From: Deltaproteobacteria bacterium
GTDB lineage: Bacteria > Myxococcota_A > Polyangia > GCA-2747355 > JADLHG01
DNA: 64,000 bases
Reading direction: 5' to 3'
Assembly: GCA_020848905.1 (NCBI GenBank)
Contig: JADLHG010000005.1
Span: 3,423 to 67,422, forward strand
Shown: positions 57,599-64,000 of the stretch, in pieces
Numbering within the stretch: position 1 is the first letter of the stretch
How the letters are laid out: each line of letters opens with the position of its first letter
Translations under genes and position numbers: made by a program
Notes under the pieces: model-generated
What the model saw: only the letters and a program-made list of their open reading frames with translations
The model's database searches: none
What the model was told of the DNA's origin: nothing

Positions 57599-58403
57599 AC
57601 GCCATGTCCGACCGGTAGGTGAGCGACAGCTCGGAGCTGGCCTCGCGCTCGAGGCGCCCGAGGTCGCTCACCACGTAGAGGTCTCCCTCGCGGGCGACGA
57701 GCCCCTGGGCCCGCCAGAGCCGCATCGTCTTGGCCACCGCCCGCCGCGTCACACCGAGAGCCCCGGCCATCTCGTCCTGCGTCACCGGTAGGCGCGCCGC
57801 GTCCCCCTCGCGCGCGAGCCCGTAGAAGTGCGCGTACGAGACGAGGAAGGTGGCCAGGCGCTTCGGCACGTCGTAGAAGGCGAGCGCCTTCTCGTTCGCG
57901 CCCGAGATGCAGAAGCGGTGACACACGTCGCGGAGCAGGGCGAGCGCGAAGCCGTGGCAGCTCTCGAGCGCCTCGAGGAAGGCCGCGCGCGGGAGCAAGA
58001 GCAGCGTCGCCGGCTCGAGCGCCGAGACGTGCTCGAGATGCCGAAGGCCCGCGAGGAGCTCCATCTCGCCGAAGACGGCCGGGGGCCCGAAGAGCTTCGC
58101 CAGGACCTCGAGCCCGTCGTCGTCGAGGTGGTAGACCCGCACGCTCCCCGCGAGGAGGACGTAGAACCAGTCCGCCGCGTCGCCCTCTTGCAGGATGCGC
58201 TCGCCCGAGGCGTAGAGGCGAACCTTGCCCTGCGCGGAGAGCCGGCGCCGGGCCTCGGCGTCGAGCGCCGAGAAGACCGGGTTCCCGCGCAGGGGGTCGC
58301 CGAACGGAGGCCGCACGGGGAGGTTACGTTCGGCGGGTCGCTTCGGGTTGAGCTGCGGAGCCACGGCGGTACCTCGGGCTAGACCGGGGCCGTGGAGGTG
58401 CAA
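57588..58403 (-). CDS. Crp/Fnr-family transcriptional regulator
   Basis: cNMP-binding 'FGEMELL' and C-terminal HTH 'VTQDEMAGALGVTRRAVAKTMR'. Its 3' end overlaps the convergent lipoprotein gene by 11 nt. Confidence 0.75.
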   Translation of the reverse strand: MHLHGPGLARGTAVAPQLNPKRPAERNLPVRPPFGDPLRGNPVFSALDAEARRRLSAQGKVRLYASGERILQEGDAADWFYVLLAGSVRVYHLDDDGLEVLAKLFGPPAVFGEMELLAGLRHLEHVSALEPATLLLLPRAAFLEALESCHGFALALLRDVCHRFCISGANEKALAFYDVPKRLATFLVSYAHFYGLAREGDAARLPVTQDEMAGALGVTRRAVAKTMRLWRAQGLVAREGDLYVVSDLGRLEREASSELSLTYRSDMAFTE

Positions 58404-58706
58404 GGTCGGTGCCCGGGCCAGGGCGCGAGGCTACCCGCAGGACTGGAAGGCCCGCCGAGCCGTGGCCCCTCGGCCTGCGTTCCCGCAGCCGGACCTTGGT
58501 TGTCGCCCCTGGCGCCTCGGGCCGCCTGGCCTTCGATTTGCGGAGGGGACGCCGAGACTACAACGGTTGATGGGCTCCGCTCTCGCGCCGGCCCCTGCGA
58601 TCCAGCGCCCCTGGCGATCGGCACGACGCGTGCTTCGCTCCGCCCGGTTCACGCAATCGTCACGCGGTACAACATCCCGGTCAGGGAACAACGAGGGAGG
58701 ATGGTC

Positions 58707-59144
58707 ATGGTGCGGTTTGGGATCGCAATGCTCACGGGCGTCGCCTTGCTGGCGGTGGTGGGGCTGGGTTCGGCGGAGGCCACGGGCCGCCTGTCGGATA
58801 ATGCACAGCGCACGGCGAAGGCCGCGGCGCTCAAGGGCGCGGCGTTCTACCTCAACCACGGAAAGTACGGCAACGTCCTGCGGGCGTACTTCGGCCGGGA
58901 GATCCACGCCAGCCAGCTCGTGAGCGTGAAGGTCCTCTCGACCTCCGCCACCGGCGTTCAGCGCTGGCTGATCAAGACCCAGCGTCAGATCCCCGGCCAG
59001 AACGTGGCAGTGGCCAAGGTGCAGGTGAGCGTGAAGCAGCTCGCGAACGGCAAGTGGGCGGCGTACACGGGCGGCACCGGCAGCAAGAACGTCACGATCG
59101 GGCTGCCGTTCGGCGGCGTGGGCCAGGGACTGCAGGGATCGTAG
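58707..59144 (+). CDS. small secreted hypothetical protein
   Basis: RBS GAGGGAGG precedes the start, and the signal peptide is 'MVRFGIAMLTGVALLAVVGLGSAEA'. An alternative ATG at 58701 is possible. Confidence 0.5.
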   Translation: MVRFGIAMLTGVALLAVVGLGSAEATGRLSDNAQRTAKAAALKGAAFYLNHGKYGNVLRAYFGREIHASQLVSVKVLSTSATGVQRWLIKTQRQIPGQNVAVAKVQVSVKQLANGKWAAYTGGTGSKNVTIGLPFGGVGQGLQGS

Positions 59145-59150
59145 TGCGGC

Positions 59151-60406
59151 CTAGGTGCCCGCGGAGTAGTCCGTGGCGTACTTCACCTGCTCGGCGGTCA
59201 GCTTGTCGATCGCGACCCCCATCGTGCCGAGCTTGATCGCCGCCACGTCCTGGTCGAGCTGCTCCGGCAGCACGTAGACCTCGTTCTTCAGCTTCTTGCC
59301 CTCCTCGGCGAGCGTCTTCAGCGCGAAGAACTGGTTCGCGAAAGACATGTCCATCACCTCGGAGGGATGGCCCTCGGCCGCCGCCAGATTCACGAGCCGT
59401 CCCTTGGCGAGGACGTAGACCCGACGCCCGTCGGAGAGCGAGTACTCCTCGTTGTTCGGCCGCATCTCGCGAACCCGCCCCTTGCAGAGATCCTCGAGGT
59501 CCTTGAGGTTGATCTCGCAGTCGTAGTGACCCGTGTTGCAGACCACGGCGCCCTCTTTCATGGTCTCGAAGTGCCGCTTGACGATGATGTCCTTCATGCC
59601 CGTCGCGGTGATGAAGATGTCGCCGAGCTTCGCGGCCTCGTCCATCGGCATGACCTCGAACCCGTCGAGCACGGCCTTGAGCGCGGTCGTAGCTTTCACC
59701 TCGGTCACGATCACGCGAGACCCCGCGCCACGGGCGCGCATCGCACAGCCGCGGCCGCAGTGGCCGTAGCCGGCGACGACGAAGGTCTTGCCGGCGAAGA
59801 GAATGCTCGTCGCGCGCAGGATCCCGTCGAGCGAGCTCTGCCCGGTGCCGTAGACGTTGTCGAAGTCGCACTTGGTGATCGAATCGTTCACGGCGTAGAC
59901 CGGGTAGAGCAGCGCGCCGTCCGACGCCATGGCGCGGAGCCGCTTCACTCCCGTGGTCGTTTCTTCCGTCCCGCCGATCACCGTCTTGGCGAGCTCCTTA
60001 TGCTTGCTGTGGACGGTGAAGATCAGGTCCGCGCCGTCGTCGAGCGTCAGCGTGGGCTTGAACTCGAGCGTCTTCTCGATGCACCAGTAGAACTCCTCGC
60101 TGTTCATACCGTGCCAGGCGTAGATCGAGGTCCCCTCGGCAGCCAGCGCCGCGGCCACGTCGTCCTGCGTGGAGAGCGGGTTGCAGCCCGACCAGCTCAC
60201 CTCGGCCCCCGCGGCCTTCAGGGTCCGCACGAGCACCGCGGTCTCCTTGGTGACGTGCAGGCACCCGGCGATGCGCATCCCCGCCAGCGGTTTGGTCTGG
60301 GCGTACTTCTCGCGGATCGCCATCAGCACCGGCATCCGGGATTCGGCCCATTCGATGCGACGTCGGCCCGCGTCGGCCAGCCCGAGGTTCGCCACCTTGT
60401 AGTTCA
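59151..60406 (-). CDS. ahcY: adenosylhomocysteinase
   Basis: 'KIAGCLHVTKETAVL', NAD-binding 'VVAGYGHCGRGCA' and 'NTGHYDCEI'. RBS AAGGAG precedes the ATG. Confidence 0.92.
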
Positions 60407-60469
60407 TCTCTCGCTCCTTCGCCTCAAAGAGCCTGGTGAGTACAGCGGATCGAATTCGCAAGTCAAGGC

Positions 60470-61571
60470 GTTGATCCCTGTGCGGATCTTGGCTACACCG
60501 GCAGGCGTGGTGCTCGCACGTTATCTCGCGGCGCTGGTGCTCGTGCGGCTCGCGCTCGCCTGGCCGGTGCTCACCGCGATCTACCTGGCCTTCGACCTCG
60601 GAGATCAAGGGCGGCGGCTCGCCTCCGAGGTGGGCTGGCCCGCGGTGCTCCGGGCCGCCCTGCTCCACCTGCCACACATCGCCGTCCAGCTTCTACCGGC
60701 CGCGCTGCTGCTCGCCATCGTGCTGGCCCTAGGCACCCTGCGCCGACGCCACGAGCTCCTGAGCCTCTACGCGGCCGGGGCCTCTCCGCTCCGCCTCGGG
60801 CTACCGCTCCTCGGCATCGGCCTCGGGTGCGCCGCGCTGGCCTACCTCGTCCTCGAGTTCGCCGTACCGCCGGCCGAGCGCCGCGCCGACGCCCACTACG
60901 CCGGACGGCGCGCCTCCGCCCTCCTCGGAGCGCACCCCTCCTCGACCTGGACGCGCTCGGGATCCTGGCTCGTGCAGCTCACCCGCCGCGCAAACGAGCT
61001 CCACCTGCTCGCCCTCGAGCGCGACCCCCGCGGAGCCATCGGCCGCCGCCTCGAGGGACGCGTCTCCCCGTCGGACCCGACCCGCGTGCTCGAAGCGCGC
61101 GAGCTCCGCCCGTCCCCCTCCGGGGGCTGGACCGTGGCCCACGCGCGCGAACGGCGCTGGCCGCTCCTCGCCGAGCTCGGGCCCCTCGTCGTCGCCGCCC
61201 CGCCGCGCCCCGAAGCCCTCACCTCGCGCGAGCTGGCGCAGCTCATCGCCCGCGCTCGAGCCGCAGACCGGCCTAGCGCCGCGCTCGCGGTACTCCTTCA
61301 CACCCGCGTCTCCTTTCCCCTCTTCGCGCTCGTCGCCGCGCTCCTCGGCTGGAGCTTCGGCCTCGGCGGCGCAGCCCGACCGCTCCTGCGCGACCTGACC
61401 CTCGCGGTCGGCTTCATCGTGGGGCTCTGGCTACTTCTCGCGACCGGGTGGCTGCTCGCGCGCGCAGGCACGATCCCACCACCGCTCGGCGCGTGGCTGC
61501 CCGTCGGCCTGGCCCTCTCCGGCGCGATCCTCGTGCTGCGTCGTCGCTGGCCACGCCTGACTGCCAGCTAG
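60470..61571 (+). CDS. LptF/LptG-family (YjgP/YjgQ) permease
   Basis: Six hydrophobic segments with a periplasmic loop between TM3 and TM4. The start is uncertain: GTG at 60470 or TTG at 60461 or 60479. Confidence 0.65.
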
Positions 61572-61595
61572 GCCAGCTAGGCCAGCTAGGCCAGC
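61563..61595. repeat. 9-bp tandem repeat (gccagctag) x 3.6 spanning the permease stop codon
   Basis: 'ctgccagctaggccagctaggccagctaggccagcg'. Confidence 0.8.
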
Positions 61596-61658
61596 GTTGC
61601 CGTCCGCCCGAGGGCGCTGCTATCCTTCCACCTCGGATCCTCGACATCCCGCGAGCGA

Positions 61659-63362
61659 GTGGACGTGCCTTTCCTGCTCTCGATCACCGGACCGGACGGC
61701 AAGACCCGCGAGTTCAAGCTCGTCGAGGGTGAGACCACCGTCGGCCGGGATGCGACCAACGCCCTCGTGCTGGACGGTCGCGGCGTCTCGCGGCACCACG
61801 CCACGCTGGTCGTGGACAGCGACCGGGTAGCCATCGTGGACCTGGGTTCGACCTACGGCACCAAGGTGAACGAGCTCCCCGCGGTACGCCGCGAGCTCTC
61901 GACGGGCGACCGCGTGAAGATCGGCATGCACCAGCTCACGATCCGCCGCGTGGAGCGCACGAGCTCGGCGGAGCTGCGTCCCGGCGCGCTGGCGCCGACG
62001 GGCTACTCCGTGGACGACGTCACGCTCGACCCCGCGCCGAGCATCCACGAACGCAAGACCGTGCAGGTCAACCGCGCGGCGGTCCAGTTCGTGCTCGACA
62101 ACCCCGACACCAAGGGGCACGCCGTGACGGTCCTCTCCCGGCGAGAGAGCTCGCTCGTCGAGGCCGTCGAGCGGCTCGGAGCCGACCGTCCGACCCCCGT
62201 GGTCGGGATCCCCATCTCCGGCCTCGAGACCCCCACCGCCGACTACCAGGCGCTGATCCTGATGTATCGCGTCAGCCAGCAGCTCGCCGCGGCGGCCGAC
62301 CTCGACGGCTTCCTGGCTCCGGTGGCCGACATGGTGATGGAGGAGGTGGGCGCCGACACCGTGGTCGTGCTGCTCGTCGACCGAGCGGGCGAGCTCAAGC
62401 CGCGCGTCGTGCGGCACCGGGGCGAGCTCGGCCCCGACGAGCTCCCGGTGAGTCGCACGGTCGTGGACCTCGTGCTGCGCGAGAAGGAGACGGTGCTGAG
62501 CACCGACGTCGGCCACGACCGCCGCATCAACGCCGGCGACAGCCTCGCGCTCTACAACATCCGCTCGGTGGTCGCGTCGCCGATCCTGGTCCACGGCACG
62601 GTCCGCGGCGTGCTCTACCTGAATCGCGCGGGTGGCGTCCCGTTCGCCAGCACGGAAGGCGACCTCGTCACGGCGCTCGCCTCGCTCCTCTCGAGCGGCG
62701 CCGACCGCGCCGAACTCAAGGAGAGCATCGCCGCCGAGAGCCTGCGGCGAAAGGCGCTCGAGCGCTTTCACCCGCCCGAGGTGGTGGACCGCATCTTCCA
62801 GCGCGGGGGTCGCGTGGGCGACATGGAGGAACACCACGCCACGGCGCTGGTCTGCGACCTCCAGGGCTTCGACGCGCTGGTCGGGCAGGTGGACCCCCAG
62901 GAGCTGGCCACCGTCCTGCACGACTACTACGGCATGGTCTACGAGCAGGTCTTCGCCAACGGGGGCAGTCTGGTCAAGCTCCACGGCGGCTACGCGCTCG
63001 CGCTCTTCGGCGCCCCCGAGTCGCGCGACCGCGACGCCGTCTGGGCGGCGGAGGCGGCGCTGCGCCTCTGCGAGGAGCTCACCTCGGCGGCCGCGCTCTG
63101 GCCCCGCGGCCAAAGCCTGGCTCTCCGCTGCAGCCTCGATACCGGCTCGCTCGTGGCCGGCATTCTCGGCCCCGCGGACCGCCTCGAGTACGTGGCCATG
63201 GGCGGCCCCATCGCGCTGGCCTCGGAGCTCGCGCGCCGGCACAGCGGCACGGCGGTGCTTGTCACGGAAGCCACCCTGCGGCAGCTCCCCTCCGCCCGCT
63301 ACCACGGCGACGAGCTCGCCCTGCTGCCCGACCGGCGGACCTATAGGCTGCTTCAGCGGTAG
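61659..63362 (+). CDS. FHA-GAF-adenylate/guanylate cyclase (class III) signalling protein
   Basis: FHA 'TTVGRDATNALVLDGRGVSRHHATL', then a GAF-like middle domain, then cyclase 'TALVCDLQGFDAL...GGSLVKLHGG'. GTG start. Confidence 0.75.
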   Translation: MDVPFLLSITGPDGKTREFKLVEGETTVGRDATNALVLDGRGVSRHHATLVVDSDRVAIVDLGSTYGTKVNELPAVRRELSTGDRVKIGMHQLTIRRVERTSSAELRPGALAPTGYSVDDVTLDPAPSIHERKTVQVNRAAVQFVLDNPDTKGHAVTVLSRRESSLVEAVERLGADRPTPVVGIPISGLETPTADYQALILMYRVSQQLAAAADLDGFLAPVADMVMEEVGADTVVVLLVDRAGELKPRVVRHRGELGPDELPVSRTVVDLVLREKETVLSTDVGHDRRINAGDSLALYNIRSVVASPILVHGTVRGVLYLNRAGGVPFASTEGDLVTALASLLSSGADRAELKESIAAESLRRKALERFHPPEVVDRIFQRGGRVGDMEEHHATALVCDLQGFDALVGQVDPQELATVLHDYYGMVYEQVFANGGSLVKLHGGYALALFGAPESRDRDAVWAAEAALRLCEELTSAAALWPRGQSLALRCSLDTGSLVAGILGPADRLEYVAMGGPIALASELARRHSGTAVLVTEATLRQLPSARYHGDELALLPDRRTYRLLQR

Positions 63363-63383
63363 GGGTGTTTCCGACGACGCGAA

Positions 63384-64000
63384 TCAGGCGGGGTCGCGGA
63401 CCCAGGCCGGCACGTGCTCGCCGCGCGTCAGGTCCTCGAGGGATTCGCGCTCGCGCACCACCGCGAACTCCTCTCCCTTGACCATCACCTCCGCGGCCCG
63501 GGGGCGCGAGTTGTAGTTCGACGACATGACGTAGCCGTAGGCCCCGGCGGACATCACCGAGAGCAGATCGCCCACCTCGACCGCCGGCAGGGGCCGGTCC
63601 TGCGCGAGGAAGTCGCCGCTCTCGCAGATCGGGCCCACCACGTCGACCACCACGTTCTCCGCCCCGGCGCGCCGCCGCACCGGCCGAATGCTGTGAAACG
63701 AACCGTAGAGCGCGGGACGGATGAGGTCGTTCATCGCGCCGTCGATGATCGCGAAGCGCTTCTGCTCGTTGTGCTTCTCCCCGATGACGCGCGTGAGCAG
63801 CACCCCGGCGTTGCCCACGATGACCCGCCCCGGCTCGCAGATCAGCGTCACGCCGAGCCCCTTGAGCTCGCCCACCACCTCGGCCAGCGCTCGCCCGTAC
63901 TGCTCCGGGGAGGGAGGCGTCTCCTCGGAGTAGCGGATGCCGAGCCCGCCCCCCACGTCCAGGTAGCGCAGCGCCACGCCCTTCTGCTTCAGCTCCTCGG
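63384..64000 (-). CDS. lysA: diaminopimelate decarboxylase, C-terminal part (the gene continues beyond the window)
   Basis: 'LDVGGGLGI', '[13 protein letters not shown]', '[10 protein letters not shown]'. Confidence 0.85.
   Translation of the reverse strand, partial: EELKQKGVALRYLDVGGGLGIRYSEETPPSPEQYGRALAEVVGELKGLGVTLICEPGRVIVGNAGVLLTRVIGEKHNEQKRFAIIDGAMNDLIRPALYGSFHSIRPVRRRAGAENVVVDVVGPICESGDFLAQDRPLPAVEVGDLLSVMSAGAYGYVMSSNYNSRPRAAEVMVKGEEFAVVRERESLEDLTRGEHVPAWVRDPA

Overview
This 64 kb window is about 70% GC and almost entirely coding. It looks like a chromosomal segment from a myxobacterium (Myxococcota): one cell-surface protein ends in a MYXO-CTERM-type sorting tail, there are many lipoproteins and Cys-rich secreted proteins, and genes are tightly coupled by ATGA/GTGA start-stop overlaps. 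I found no rRNA or tRNA, no CRISPR array and no obvious transposase or integrase. Because of the GC bias, many long ORFs in the six-frame track are spurious antisense or off-frame readings. I chose the real frame by recognising protein-family motifs, signal peptides, ribosome-binding sites and coupled start/stop codons.

Housekeeping genes I recognise with confidence: xseA, a fused ispDF, cysS, murI, ligA, an RNase G/E-family gene (rng), metK, ahcY, the C-terminal part of lysA, an SDR oxidoreductase, a LeuB-like dehydrogenase, a fused aconitase/LeuCD-like protein, a NUDIX hydrolase, a SMUG-type uracil-DNA glycosylase, an HD-domain protein and a Crp/Fnr regulator. There are also c-di-GMP and cyclic-nucleotide signalling proteins: a degenerate GGDEF protein, a PilZ protein and an FHA-GAF-adenylate cyclase.

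The most system-like and unusual locus is at the 5' end, roughly 1.2 to 5.3 kb. It is a translationally coupled operon encoding two half-size ArsA/GET3-type P-loop ATPases, then a catalytically complete FabH-like KAS III, then a second FabH-like protein that lacks the catalytic His and Asn (a PqsB-like partner). The operon is flanked upstream by a beta-propeller-like protein gene and downstream by a thioredoxin-fold DUF255 gene, and an acyl-CoA ligase and a FadL-type outer-membrane transporter lie within 10 kb. It looks like an undescribed acyl-lipid or secondary-lipid module in which a heterodimeric ketosynthase is paired with a split ArsA-like ATPase.

Other regions worth follow-up:
- A 27-bp imperfect inverted-repeat element sits inside a 470-bp AT-richer intergenic region upstream of the acyl-CoA ligase.
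- A near-consensus sigma70-like promoter with a G-rich leader lies in an AT-rich island upstream of a 70-aa ORF and the HD-domain gene.
- A 550-bp AT-rich region upstream of rng carries a strong + strand intrinsic terminator and TAGAC direct repeats but no ORF. It could be an sRNA or the rng regulatory leader.
- A secreted PI3/PI4-kinase-like atypical kinase overlaps a zinc-ribbon membrane protein.
- Several proteins carry exact nucleotide tandem repeats: 60-bp units in a Pro/Ala/Ser-rich protein, 18-bp DGxxPx units in a Cys-rich lipoprotein, and 15-bp ADARx units in an eight-repeat CARDB adhesin-like protein with a MYXO-CTERM tail.
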